64,000 nucleotides of DNA from an uncultured Actinomycetes bacterium (GTDB lineage Bacteria; Actinomycetota; Acidimicrobiia; Spongiisociales; DATADW01), in NCBI GenBank assembly GCA_963824995.1, contig CAWGRK010000010.1:1-64000 (forward strand). Direction: 5' to 3'. Positions 45,168-56,251 of this stretch are shown in pieces. Numbering within the stretch: the stretch's first letter is position 1; every line of letters starts with the position of its first letter. The position numbers and the translations under genes were made by a program. Below the pieces are notes generated by a model. It worked only from the letters and a program-made list of their open reading frames with translations. It was not told the DNA's origin and did not search any database.

Positions 45168-45569
45168 CCCTGCCCCGGCGGTGGTGTCACCAATTTGACC
45201 GCAACCACCCCTGGATCGGCGGCAGAGCGGGCGGCGTACCTTCCGGTGAGATCGCTCACCGTGAGCGGCACTGGCCGGTCGGCGCCGAGAACACCGGCGA
45301 CACCCAAGACTGCAGCAAGGGCAGCAGCGGCCGCGGTGGTGACGATCAGCCGACGTCTGCGTCGGAGCGGGACCACCACCCGGCCGACCAGGTCGGTTGG
45401 CAACTCCAACCACGGCAAACCGCGCACCGCCGAGCGGGCTCGATGGAGGTCATCGACTTCGACCCGACATTCATCGCACCCTGCCAGGTGTGCTTCGACG
45501 ACGGCAGCCTCATCGGACTGTCGTCTCGCCGTCGAGCCAGGCAGATAGCAACTCGCCCGGGTGGGTCAT
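45164..45569 (-). CDS. Zinc-finger (ZAS) anti-sigma factor, RseA-like; frameshifted
   Basis: ELLSAWLDGE...HLAGCDEC (HxxxCxxC) plus one TM. Confidence 0.85.
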
Positions 45570-46082
45570 GTCGATCAGATCCCTCAACATGCGGCGGCCA
45601 CGGTGGATTCGGCTGCGAACGGTCCCGATCGGGACCGACGTGGCGCTGGCGATCTCCTCGTAGCTGAGACCCACCAGGTCGCAGAGGACCACCGCTTCCC
45701 GAAAGTCGTATGGCAGTGCGAGCAGCGCCTGCTGGATGTCTTCACCGAGCCTGACAGAAGCGAGCACGTCCTCGGGGGCCGGGGATGTGAGGAGGTCGGT
45801 GCGATCGACGTCGTCCGGTAGGGGTGCGGTCGGACGACGGCGGCGACGGCGCACCTCGTCGAGGAAGGCGTTGCGGGTGATACGCCAGAGCCATCCGTCG
45901 AACGAACCGGGTCGGAAATCACGCAACCCGCGGGCGACGCGGATGAGCACTTCTTGAGAGAGATCGGCCGCGTCGTCACGGTTACCGGTGAGCCGGTAGG
46001 CGAAGTTGTAGATCTTCCGCCCATGGGTGCGAGCCACCTCTTCCCAGTCGTGCGGCGCCAAACCTTCCACGCCGTCACTCAC
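45566..46082 (-). CDS. sigE: ECF sigma factor SigE-like
   Basis: WEEVARTH...YRLTGNRDDAADL...PGSFDGWLWRITRN...GLSYEEIA...GTVRSRIHRGR; start and stop approximate. Confidence 0.88.
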
Positions 46083-46160
46083 CGAACGTGACCGGGAAGA
46101 GAGAAGTTCCGACGACACCTGGCCACCGGGGTGCGGGACAATCGTCCCGCATCACGACTT

Positions 46161-46379
46161 TCAGTCGATCTTCTTCTCGGGGAGCGATCTTCTCTCGGGG
46201 AGGATGTCTTCTCGGGCTCGGCGGCAGTCGGTCTCTTCGGTCGAGCCCTCGTCGACTCCCTTGCGGAATTCCTTGGCCGATGCGCCGAGGGATCGCGCCA
46301 GATCGGGCAACTTCCTCGCCCCGAAGAGCAGCAAGATGATGACGAGGATGATCACTAGCTCCCATCCACTGAATCTCAT
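46161..46379 (-). CDS. tatA: Twin-arginine translocase TatA/E
   Basis: ELVIILVIILLLFGARKLPDLARSLGASAKEFRKG; AGGAG RBS. Confidence 0.93.
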   Translation of the reverse strand: MRFSGWELVIILVIILLLFGARKLPDLARSLGASAKEFRKGVDEGSTEETDCRRAREDILPERRSLPEKKID

Positions 46380-46391
46380 CGCCGGCTCCTT

Positions 46392-47186
46392 TCACCACCA
46401 GCGTAGCCGCCATCGGTGATTGAGAGGTCCCAGCACCTCTTTGGCCCAGGTCTCGGCGGCGGATTCGTCCCCCCACCCAAATGGTCGTGGTGCGAACGAG
46501 ATCACCAGATCGGTGACTCCCGACCCGACCATGTCCGCCACCCATTGCCGCGCCTCATCGACCGTCCAATGCTCGGCATCCTCGGCGGATCCGGCTCCGA
46601 CGATCGCCGTCGCCCCCACCGCCACTCCGATCGAGCGGGGATCCCTCCCCTGGGCATCGCATTCCTCTTCGAGTCGTCGTACCGCTTGGACGACCCTGTC
46701 GACCCCATGGTTCCAACCGAGGAACCACCCGGCGGCCGAGTTTGCAACTATCGCCGAGCCCTCGCCGACCACCCAGAGAGGCACCGGTCCGGCCGGTGCC
46801 GGGAGATTTGGTGGTCCTCTGCCGTCGAGGGTGGCTCGTATTTCGTCGATGCCGGAGCCTTCGAACAGCCCGAGAGTCAACCGACCGCCGCACATCCGGT
46901 CGGTACCCGAGGCAGCCTTGGCCGCCACGGCGGGCATCCGGGTGTCCGAGTCGAGCAGCGCCATTAGTCCGATACGAGAGGTGACGACTCCAATTGCGCT
47001 GCACGTTGCCAGGGCGTCCCGCGCCGGGGCGGGGTCGCTCTCCCGTTCGGAGAGCCACAGCGAGTCGAACCCGAGTACCTCGAGGCCGACTGCGATCTCC
47101 GGCAGCGTTGAGCGTGCCTCGAGCCAACCGGTGGGAAGTGCGACGCCGTGACGAACCCCTGCCGGTCTCATCCCGGCAGCGTTCAT
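46392..47186 (-). CDS. LLM-class flavin/F420-dependent oxidoreductase-like protein
   Basis: EVLGFDSLWLSE, TSRIGL, AKAASGTDRMCGGRLTLGL, GRDPRSI. Confidence 0.8.
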   Translation of the reverse strand: MNAAGMRPAGVRHGVALPTGWLEARSTLPEIAVGLEVLGFDSLWLSERESDPAPARDALATCSAIGVVTSRIGLMALLDSDTRMPAVAAKAASGTDRMCGGRLTLGLFEGSGIDEIRATLDGRGPPNLPAPAGPVPLWVVGEGSAIVANSAAGWFLGWNHGVDRVVQAVRRLEEECDAQGRDPRSIGVAVGATAIVGAGSAEDAEHWTVDEARQWVADMVGSGVTDLVISFAPRPFGWGDESAAETWAKEVLGPLNHRWRLRWW

Positions 47187-48125
47187 TCCACCGCCATGGC
47201 ATCGATGAATTTCTGCAGCCGCTCCCTGGTGATGAATCGCACCCGCGGCTCCCGGCGCTCGATTTGATGGACCCCGAATGGCCCATAGCGGTCGCTGACG
47301 AAGACGCCGCGATCGGCACCCGACGAGGCGAACTCGATCACGAAGCTGCGCAGTCTCTCTTCTTCGACCTCGGGGTAGCCGCCGGGCTTCGTATCTGTCC
47401 TCCCTGACCAGAGTGCGCTGCCCGGCCTTGCTGGCGAAGCTCACCGAGTCGTCTATGCCTGGGGCGATCTGGTAGCCGAAGAGCGAGAGCGTCCCTCTCA
47501 CCAACTCGCCGGCGCTCATCGTCTCCGGGTCGATCCCCTGCGCCCTCAGTCCGACCTCGACCGCCTTGGGCAACCGGACCTCGTCGGTGAGCGGCGCCAG
47601 ATCGTCGCCGCGCGACCTGTCGGCCAGCGCGGGTACCGGCTCTGGCTCGCCTGTTGCGAACTCTTGCTCGATGGGGTCGAACCCGATCGAGCCGAAGTGG
47701 AGGGCGGAGCGACCGAGCACCGGTGGTGGCAGTTCCCCTGGCGTTACCAGACTGAGCCGTCCGACCTCACGGGGGTCATCGTCGGATACCGGCGAGAGCG
47801 ACCACGGTGGTCACCTGGTCGATGGGCAGGCTGTGGCGCTTCTCGCGCACCACCTCGACCGCTTCATCCAGAAGAAGGTCGGCGAGAACCGGATCGACCT
47901 CGCCCTCGGGAAGCGGAACATCGAAGGTCACCATTGCGGCGTCGCCCTGGACGTGAAAAGCGGCAATGCGGGGCCTGGGAGCGGTGAAGTCAACGCTGTC
48001 GCCGGTAATGGGTCCGATGCTGCCCATCGCCTGGAGTCTGGGCGCTACGACGTCTCCCCATGAACACCGCAACGATCACCAACAACCCGGCCACGATCAG
48101 CAATGCGATTCCGATGTCGGTCAAC
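47183..48125 (-). CDS. Hypothetical membrane-anchored protein; frameshifted
   Basis: N-terminal TM (IGIALLIVAGLLVIVAVF) and a continuous coding-like run over several ORF fragments, ending FIDAMAVE. Confidence 0.55.
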
Positions 48126-48225
48126 GGCGCTCCTCGACTCTGCTCCTGATCCGAGGGTAGTTCCGGTAAACCGTGGCTCGGACGACGATCGCTCCTTCCT
48201 CGGCGCGGTTCGTGGATCGCTGTGT

Positions 48226-48531
48226 TCAGCCGGCGGCGGCGCGGCGCAGAGCGCGCTGCTTGCGGATACGCCGCCGCTCGCGCTCGGAGAGACCGCCCCA
48301 TATCCCGAACTTCTCGCTCTCCAACAGGGCGAATTCGAGACACTCCACCCGCACCTGGCAAGCGGCGCAGATTGTCTTCGCCTTGCGGGTCGATGCGCCG
48401 CGCTCGGGGAAGAAGAGGTCGGCATCGGCGCCCTTGCAGTTGGCCTTTTCCTGCCAACCGAGGTTGTCGGTGGTCAAGACATCGGCCAGCTTGCTGTCCC
48501 GCTGACGCGGGTCCCACGGGTTCTGTGGCAT
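48226..48531 (-). CDS. whiB: WhiB-family Fe-S transcriptional regulator (WhiB/WhiB2-like)
   Basis: WQEKANC...LFFPERGASTRKAKTICAACQVRVECLEFAL...FGIWGGLSERERR; start uncertain. Confidence 0.93.
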   Translation of the reverse strand: MPQNPWDPRQRDSKLADVLTTDNLGWQEKANCKGADADLFFPERGASTRKAKTICAACQVRVECLEFALLESEKFGIWGGLSERERRRIRKQRALRRAAAG

Positions 48532-48775
48532 CCCGCCCGCTCTGTTCGGACTCGAGTTCCCGCTACTCACGGTGCGTTGCCCAACTGCCGCCGGTCGTCT
48601 GTGCAATCCAGGGAAGTCACAGACGTGTAATTACAACTTTGTCATCTTGTCACCCACGAGGCGCGGCGTCAAGTGGGAATTGGCCTGACCAGGCATTTTC
48701 CACGCCAGGCTCCGGTGAGCTACCGATGGCCGGGTGCTAGCTTGAGAAGAGCGTCTGCGGCATCAGGAGCACGGG

Positions 48776-49498
48776 TTGAGCACCACAGATCAACGCCAGC
48801 GCCCCGCTCGTCGCCGCCCATTCCTCCTCGACTTCTACGGCTCCGCCATTGGCAAGAAGTGGGCGATGGCTGTCAGCGGAATTGCGTTGCTGCTCTACGT
48901 CTTCGCCCACCTCATCGGCAACCTGAAGCTCTTCCTCGGCGAGGAGAGCCTCAACACATATGCCGAGTTCCTCAGGGAGGTGGGTGAGCCGATCCTCCCC
49001 TTCAGCGTCCTGCTGTGGATCATGCGGATCGGGCTGATCGTCGCCTTCGTGGTTCACATCCATGCGGCCTATGTCCTGACCGTCATCAACCGCCGCGCCC
49101 GGCCACTCGACTACGCCGGACCTCGGGAATATCTCGTCGCCAACTACGCCTCACGCACGATGAGGTGGTCCGGAGTGATCGTGCTCCTGTTCCTCCTGTA
49201 CCACCTCGCCGACCTCACCTGGGGCTGGACCAACCCCGACTTCGTCCGCGGTGAGGTGTACGACAACGTGATCGCCAGCTTGTCGCGCTGGCCGGTAGCC
49301 CTGCTCTACATCACGGCGAGCATCGCCCTCGGGTTCCACATCTACCACGGGGCCTGGAGCATGTTCCAGAGCGTCGGGGTCAACAACCCGCGCTTCAACC
49401 GCTGGCGCCGCTGGTTCGCTCAAGGATTCGCCGCCTTCATGGTGGTGGGGAACGTGAGCCTCCCGGTGGCGGTGTTGGCGGGATGGGTGCCGGCGTGA
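48776..49498 (+). CDS. sdhC: Succinate dehydrogenase/fumarate reductase cytochrome b subunit
   Basis: IGKKWAMAVSG, HLIGNL, HIHAA, ASRTM, HIYHGAWSMFQSVG. Confidence 0.94.
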   Translation: MSTTDQRQRPARRRPFLLDFYGSAIGKKWAMAVSGIALLLYVFAHLIGNLKLFLGEESLNTYAEFLREVGEPILPFSVLLWIMRIGLIVAFVVHIHAAYVLTVINRRARPLDYAGPREYLVANYASRTMRWSGVIVLLFLLYHLADLTWGWTNPDFVRGEVYDNVIASLSRWPVALLYITASIALGFHIYHGAWSMFQSVGVNNPRFNRWRRWFAQGFAAFMVVGNVSLPVAVLAGWVPA

Positions 49499-51416
49499 GC
49501 CGAAGTACTCGACGCCAAGATCCCAGAAGGCCCCATCCAGGACAAGTGGGACAACCACAGGTTCAGCGTCAAGTTGGTGAACCCTGCGAACCGCCGCCGG
49601 TTCAGCGTGATCGTGATCGGCACCGGTCTGGCCGGAGCCGCGGCTGCCGCGACCCTGGGAGAACTGGGGTACCGGGTGAAGGCTTTCACCTTCCACGACT
49701 CGGCGCGCCGGGCGCACTCCATCGCCGCCCAGGGTGGGATCAACGCCGCCAAGAACTACAGGAACGACGGGGACAGCATCTTCCGGCTGTTCTACGACAC
49801 CATCAAGGGTGGCGACTACCGCTCGCGGGAGGGAAACGTCTACCGACTGGCGCAGGTGAGCGTCGAGATCATCGACCAGTGCGTCGCCCAAGGCGTCCCC
49901 TTTGCCCGCGAGTACGGAGGGCTTCTCGACAACCGCTCCTTTGGCGGCGCCCAGGTGGCCCGGACCTTTTATGCACGGGGACAGACCGGACAGCAGCTAT
50001 TGCTCGGCGCATATCAGGCACTGGCCGAACAGGTCCGTCTCGGCACCGTGGAGTTGCACACCCGTAGCGAGATGCTCGACGTGGTGCTTCACGAGGGTCG
50101 TGCGGTCGGCATCGTGGTGCGCGACCTGGTCACCGGTGAGGTCACTACTCATTCGGCCCATGCGGTGGTGCTCGCCACCGGCGGGTACTCCAACGTGTAC
50201 TTCCTCTCCACCAACGCCATGGCGTGCAACACCACCGCCATCTGGCGGGCCTACCTCAAGGGCGCCGCCATGGCCAACCCCTGCTTCACGCAGATTCACC
50301 CGACCTGCATCCCCCAGAACGAGGAGTTCCAATCGAAGCTCACCCTGATGAGCGAGTCGCTTCGCAACGACGGCCGGATCTGGGTCCCGGCGGACCCGGG
50401 TGACACCCGCTCCCCCGGACGAGATCCCCGACCCGGACCGCGACTACTTCCTCGAACGTCGCTATCCAGCGTTCGGCAACCTCGTCCCCCGCGACGTCGC
50501 CTCGCGGGCCGCCAAGCAGGTGGTCGACCAGGGCAGAGGTGTCGGGCCGCGGCGCAACGGCGTCTTTCTCGACTTCGCCGATGCCATCGGCCGGCTGGGG
50601 AACGACCAGATCGAGGAGCGCTACGGCAACCTGTTCGAGATGTACCAGCGGATCACCGACGAGGACCCATACCGGGTGCCCATGAGGATCTACCCGGCTC
50701 CCCACTACACGATGGGCGGCTTGTGGGTGGACTACAACCTGATGACGACCATCCCCGGTCTCTACGCCATCGGCGAGGCCAACTACTCCGACCACGGCGC
50801 CAACCGCCTCGGCGCCAGCGCCCTGATGCAGGGTCTGGCCGACGGGTACTTCATCCTCCCCAACACGATCAACGACTACCTGGCCGGGTACCTCGGCGAG
50901 GACCCGCTCCCCACCGACCACCCGGACTTCACCGCGGCGCGCAGCAAGGTGGATGACGAAATGAAACGGTTCCTCGCCGTCAAGGGCACCCGGACGGTCG
51001 ACTGGTTCCACCGCGAGCTTGGGAAGATCATGTGGGACTACTGCGGGATGGAACGCAGCGACCCGGGTCTGGAGAAGGCGATCAGCGAGATCGCCGCATT
51101 GAGGTCCGAGTTCGAGCGGGACGTCCTCGTGCCCGGTGACGAGGGGGTCAACCAGTCATTGGAGCGTGCCGGCCGAGTCACCGACTTCTTCGGGCTCGCA
51201 GAGCTGATGTGCCGAGATGCCTTCGAGCGCGAGGAGTCTTGCGGCGGTCATTTCAAGGTCGAATACCAGACCGAGGAGGGCGAGGCGCTGCGCAACGATG
51301 TCACCTGCGCCCACGTCAGCGCATGGATGCACGCCGGCGACGATGCCGAGCCCAACCTGGTCCAGGAACCTCTGGAGTTCGAATACGTCAAGCTCGCCCA
51401 GCGGAGCTACAAGTGA
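49495..51416 (+). CDS. sdhA: Succinate dehydrogenase/fumarate reductase flavoprotein; frameshifted
   Basis: [49 protein letters not shown]. Confidence 0.96.
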
Positions 51417-51420
51417 ACGG

Positions 51421-51580
51421 GACGGCGGACGGCGGACAGCGGACGGCGGCCAACCTCGAACCCAGGGTTCGAGCGGTTGCAGAGGCGCGCTTCCAGCCCA
51501 CGGTTCGGAGCTCGGCGGCGGCAAACCCCGAACCCAGGGTTCGAGCGGTTGCAGGAGCGCGCTTTGAACCCAGGGTTCAC
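51421..51580. repeat. (GACGGCG)x4 heptamers followed by two GAACCCAGGGTTC palindromic units between sdhA and sdhB
   Basis: Read directly; related to the reverse complement of the 29686-29890 unit. Confidence 0.85.
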
Positions 51581-51597
51581 TGGCTCGGGGGTACAGG

Positions 51598-52360
51598 GTG
51601 AAACTCGACCTCCAGGTGTGGCGGCAGGAAGCGGGGGCGGCGGCGGGGCGCTTTCAGGAGATCGCGATGGAGGACGCCAACCCCGACATGTCATTCCTCG
51701 AGATGCTCGATGTGGTCAACGAGCGGCTCACCCTCGAGGGAGGTGACCCGATCGCCTTCGAGCACGACTGCCGCGAAGGGATCTGTGGGTCTTGCGGGCT
51801 CATGATCAACGGGCAGGCGCACGGTCCGCTATTGGGGACCGCCACCTGTCAACTTCACATGCGGAGCTTCCAGGATGGCGACACCATCGTGGTCGAGCCG
51901 TGGCGGGCGGCGGCCTTCCCGGTGATCAAGGATCTGGTTGTCGACCGCTCCTCCTTCGACAGGATCATCGAGGCGGGTGGGTACATCACGGTCGCTCCCG
52001 GGGCGGCGCCCGACGCCAACCTCACGCTGATTCCCAAAGGATGTGGCAGACGCGGCCTTCGACGCCGCGGCATGTATCGGCTGCGGAGCCTGCGTGGCGG
52101 CCTGCCCAAACGGCGCGGCGCAGCTTTTCACCGCGGCCAAGGTGGCCCATCTGGGAATGCTTCCCCAGGGGCAACCGGAGCGGTGGCGGCGGGTGGAGGC
52201 CATGGTGGGAACGATGGAGGACTTCTTCGGGTCGTGCACCAACCATGGTGAGTGCGAACTGGCTTGCCCGAAGGGAATCTCGATCGACTTCATCGCCCTG
52301 ATGAACCGCGACTACATCGCATCCAAGTTCAAGAACCGCCGACTCCTCGTAGCTGGTTGA
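51598..52360 (+). CDS. sdhB: Succinate dehydrogenase/fumarate reductase iron-sulfur subunit; frameshift near 52040
   Basis: [34 protein letters not shown]. Confidence 0.96.
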
Positions 52361-52415
52361 GCAGAGACGGACCGGGTGTCACAAACCCGGGTACCGGCGG
52401 TGTTGACCTCGTGAC

Positions 52416-52957
52416 GTGAGCGTGATCGAGCCAGACCGATTGAATCAGAACGCAGTCGATGCCAGTATCCATAGAACGGGTTGTGGCGGAACAACGCCGC
52501 AGATTGGAACGGCTCGTCGCCGGGGTGCTCGAGCACTCCGAGGCGGAGGATGTGGTTCAGGAGGCTCTGATCCGACTGGGCACCGATCCGGTGCGGCACC
52601 GTCCATATCACCGAGATTGCCTCCTGGCTCCGCCGCGTGAGCCTCAACCTGGCCTTCAACCGGCGGAGGGACCTGGCCCGCTGGCGACAGCGTGCCGTCA
52701 GGGGGGGAGCACCCGAACTCGCATCGCGGCCGATTCAGCCCGATGAGGAGTGGCTGATTGGTGGAGGACCGGGAAGCGGTCCGGGCGATCCTCGACATGT
52801 TGTCCGAGCGTCACCGGGCGGTTCTCTCCTCCGTTACTCGGGAGACAGCTACGCCGAGGTGGCCGCCTCACTCGAGATGCCGCTGTCATCGGTGGGCGTC
52901 CACGCTTGCCCGAGCCGAGTCCGCTTTCCGCACCCAATACGAGGAGCATCGTCATGA
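52416..52957 (+). CDS. ECF sigma-70 factor; several frameshifts
   Basis: EAEDVVQEALIRL, SLNLAFNRRR, LLRYSGDSYAEVAASL, LARAESAFR. Confidence 0.78.
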
Positions 52958-53976
52958 ACTGTCCTGACACCGGCGTCTGGCGCGCCTGGCTCGACGAGGA
53001 GACCGCCATACCCGGACCCGAGGAGCATCTCGCCGTCTGCGGGGATTGCGCCGCCATGGTGGCCGAACTGAGAACCACAGCAGACCTGACCCGACGGCGA
53101 AATGGCCAAGCTGTTGTCGCCACCGGTGAGCGTGGCGCAGACGCCGGTGGAGCCGGCACGCAGCCTATCGCCCCGGCGAGGCTGGAAGGTGGCGGCTGCG
53201 GTTGCGGTAGGGGTGGCGCTGATGGCGACACCTACGGGGCGGGCGTGGGGCGAGACGCTCCTTGCGCAGTTCCGCGTCGAGCGGTTTGATGCAGTGACGC
53301 TGAGCGCCGTCGAAGCGGTGCGCACCGGCGAGATACTCGATCGGTTGGGGGAGGTAGAGGGCCATCCCTTCTCCGAACCGGAGGTGGTCGAGAGTGTGGC
53401 CGCCGCCCGCCAAGCGACCGGACTCGCCCTGCCGGATCTTGGCCCCGGCTCGACCGTCGTGGTGATGGAGCCAGGGGAGGCACGGCTCAGATTTCGACAG
53501 CGACGAGGTTCGGTCGTACCTCGCCGACCAGGGGTCGGAGTCCTCGATACCCGATGGTCTGGACGAGACTGCGCTGGTCGTGAGCAGACCGATCGCCGCC
53601 CTTGTCGCCCTAGAGGAGAACGGGCGACCAAGCCTGGTGGTTGGACGATCCGGGCCCATCGAAACAGCCGTGGAGGGACCCGTGGATCCCGACCGGTTGC
53701 GGAGCTTCCTCTTGGATCTTCCCGGACTGCCCGATGGCCTGGTGGCCCAGCTGGGCTGCGATCTCCGATTGGCGGTCGTCGCTGCCGCTTCCTGTCCCGG
53801 TCGATGTCGCCTCGGCGAGCACCGTTGATATCAATGGGGTGGAGGTCACCCAGGTGGATGTGCCGGGATTTGGGACCGGGTATCTCTGGGTCGAGCCCGA
53901 CGGCACGGTGACAGGCGTCGCCGGCCAGGATCCGGACGAGGCACTCCAGCTGGTGCAACAACTCACCCAACGATGA
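52954..53976 (+). CDS. ZAS anti-sigma factor with TM and extracytoplasmic domain; frameshifted
   Basis: MNCPDTGVWRAWLD...HLAVCGDC; TM; LAQFRVE; DWRSSLPLPVP. Confidence 0.75.
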
Positions 53977-54894
53977 CGCTTGCCGCCCCCGCGGTCGAGG
54001 CCGAGGGTCTTGGCAAGCGTTACGGGCAACGGTGGCGCTCGAGGATTTCTCGCTCCGGGTGGCGCCGGGCGAGGTGGTGGGTCTCCTCGGACCCAATGGC
54101 GCAGGCAAGTCCACTGCGGTGAAGATGCTGGTCGGCCTGGTGGCGCCGACCACCGGAACGGCTCGGCTATTCGGGCAGCCTGTCGACTGACCCCGCGGCG
54201 CGGCGAGCGCGTCGGCTACCTCCCCGAGCTCTTCAGGTTCCACGATTGGATGACCGGGCGTCAGATGCTCCTCTTCCATGCCCGCCTTGCCGGGATGGCC
54301 GACGCCGAGGCGGCTGCTGCCATTCCTCCGGTACTGGAGAGGATCGGCATGGCGCGGCGGGCCGACGAGCGGATCGCCGGCTATTCGAAAGGAATGAGCC
54401 AGCGCATCGGCATCGCCCAGGCGCTGGTCGCCGACCCGGCGCTCGTGGTGCTCGACGAGCCCACCTCGGCGCTCGATCCGGTGGGGCGCGGCGAGGTTCG
54501 GGAACTGATCGCCGAGATGCGGGCGGAGGGCCGGGCGGTGATCCTCAACAGCCATCTGCTCGGCGAGGTGGAGAGAGTGTGCGATCGGGTGGTGGTTCTC
54601 GACTCCGGGCGCACCGTGTTCCACGGCCCGATCGACGAGTTGAAGGGTGGCGCCCACCGGGTCGAGGTCGTGGTTGACCTAGTCGATGCCTCTCTGGTGG
54701 CGGATCTACGCCGTTTTGGCCAGGTCACCGTCGAAGGGGGGACCGTCCTCCATATCGACCTTCCCGATGACGCCCTCGCCGCCGACGTTGCGGAGGCGGT
54801 AGTGGCTGCGGGCCGCCGACTGCTGGCGCTGGTGCCGATGGGTCGGACGCTCGAAGAGGCCTTCTCCGAGTTGGTCACCGGTGGCGACCGATGA
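53973..54894 (+). CDS. ABC transporter ATP-binding protein; frameshifted at the 5' end
   Basis: GPNGAGKS, YSKGMSQR, LDEPTSALDP, LNSHLL. Confidence 0.92.
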
Positions 54895-55715
54895 GAAATC
54901 CGATTGCGATGGCCGTGGTGAGGGAAGCGGTGCAGCGGAAGATCTTTGTTTGGGTCGCGGTGCTGGCGGCTGCCTTTCTCGGATTGTTTGCGCTCGGAAT
55001 GATCCTGATGGTCGATGAGATGGGTGGCAGCGCCAGCGAAGAGGCCATGGTGACCACCGGAGTCCTCACCGTGCTTGCGCTCTATGTGTCGTCTTTCATC
55101 GGGTCGCTGCTCGCCATCACCCTCGGAGCGGGCTCGGTCGCTTCTGAGCTCGACTCCGGACTGGCGGCCGCGGTGCTCGCCAGACCGGTGAGCCGAGCGC
55201 GCTGGGTACTGGAAAGGTGGGCGGCTCTCGCCGCGCTTGTGGCAGGTTTCGCTGCTGTGATGACACTCGCGGTGACCGCCATCGCCACCGCAACGACGGG
55301 CTACGCCGCTTTGTCGATACCGGCGGCCGTGGGGATGATGGCGTTCCAAGTGGTCGCCGTGCTCACGCTGGCGATGGCACTCAGCGCCCGATTCTCGGTT
55401 GTTGCTGCCGGCGTGGCCGCCTTCTCGCTCTTCGGGATCGCCTGGCTGGCCGGACTGATCGAGACCTTCGGATCCGCCGTTGGCAACCGAGCGATGGTGA
55501 ACATCGGGATATTCGTGAGCTTGGGCGTCACCTCGGACGCGCTGTGGAGGGCTGCTTCCTACTTCGCCTCCCCTCCGAATTTGATCGCCTTGAGTGAGGG
55601 TCTGCCATTCGCCTCGGCCGAACCACCGACCGCAGCATTTCTCGGGTGGGCAGCAGTCCTGACGGGTGTCCTGCTCTTCCTGGCGGTGAAGACGGTCCGC
55701 CGGCGCGATCTGTGA
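54891..55715 (+). CDS. ABC-2 type permease
   Basis: Six TMs; ELDSG...LARPVSR; C-terminal RRRDL. Confidence 0.9.
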   Translation: MRNPIAMAVVREAVQRKIFVWVAVLAAAFLGLFALGMILMVDEMGGSASEEAMVTTGVLTVLALYVSSFIGSLLAITLGAGSVASELDSGLAAAVLARPVSRARWVLERWAALAALVAGFAAVMTLAVTAIATATTGYAALSIPAAVGMMAFQVVAVLTLAMALSARFSVVAAGVAAFSLFGIAWLAGLIETFGSAVGNRAMVNIGIFVSLGVTSDALWRAASYFASPPNLIALSEGLPFASAEPPTAAFLGWAAVLTGVLLFLAVKTVRRRDL

Positions 55716-55852
55716 GGTAAGACCGCGCCCGCAAGTCATGTCCGATTCGGCGCAGCGCTCAATTGCTGACCCACATGGACCGATTTCCTTACAACGAGTA
55801 CCCTTCCCGTCACGGAGCGTGGGGGTCCGACATCGCACAGCAACAACTATCG

Positions 55853-56251
55853 GTGACCAAGAAGTCCAGGCGTGAGAAGCGAGAGCGCGGCGCTGTCCTG
55901 GTCGAATTGGCTCTCGCTTTGCCGATCCTTCTCCTCCTGCTGCTCGGGATCATCGAGGCAGGCCTCGCTCTCAGTGCCCAGATCACCATGCGGCAGGCGG
56001 CAGCAGAAGCCGCTCGGCTGACGGCGGTCGGCGAGCCCATCGGCCCCGCTTGCGGTCAGTTGAACGACCTCCTGAACCGGCACTGTCAGCGATGTCGACA
56101 TCGCGGCCAGCGGTGCCGGTACACAAGTCACGGCCACGGCGTCTGGGACCTACACCGGGATCTCCGGGTTCATCCCCTACTTCGACAACCTCTCGCTCTC
56201 TGAGACCGCGACCGCCCGTCTGGAACAGCCGGGGGAGGGGGTAGCTGTTGA
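55853..56251 (+). CDS. TadE-family pilus assembly protein; frameshift near 56080
   Basis: RERGAVLVELALALPILLLLLLGIIEAG...AAAEAAR prepilin-like motif; end approximate. Confidence 0.8.

Noticed and set aside
45510..46118. SigE fused to its anti-sigma N-terminus
   Set aside because: The read-through into MTHPGELLSAWLDGE is most simply a frameshift at an ATGA overlap.
46392..47720. 442-aa fusion of a hypothetical protein with an LLM oxidoreductase
   Set aside because: An indel joins two overlapping genes; a separate ATG and stop overlap at 47183-47186.
52849..55838. Long antisense ORFs (602 aa, 485 aa) and similar ones elsewhere
   Set aside because: These are shadow ORFs typical of high-GC DNA, opposite well-supported genes and without recognisable motifs.
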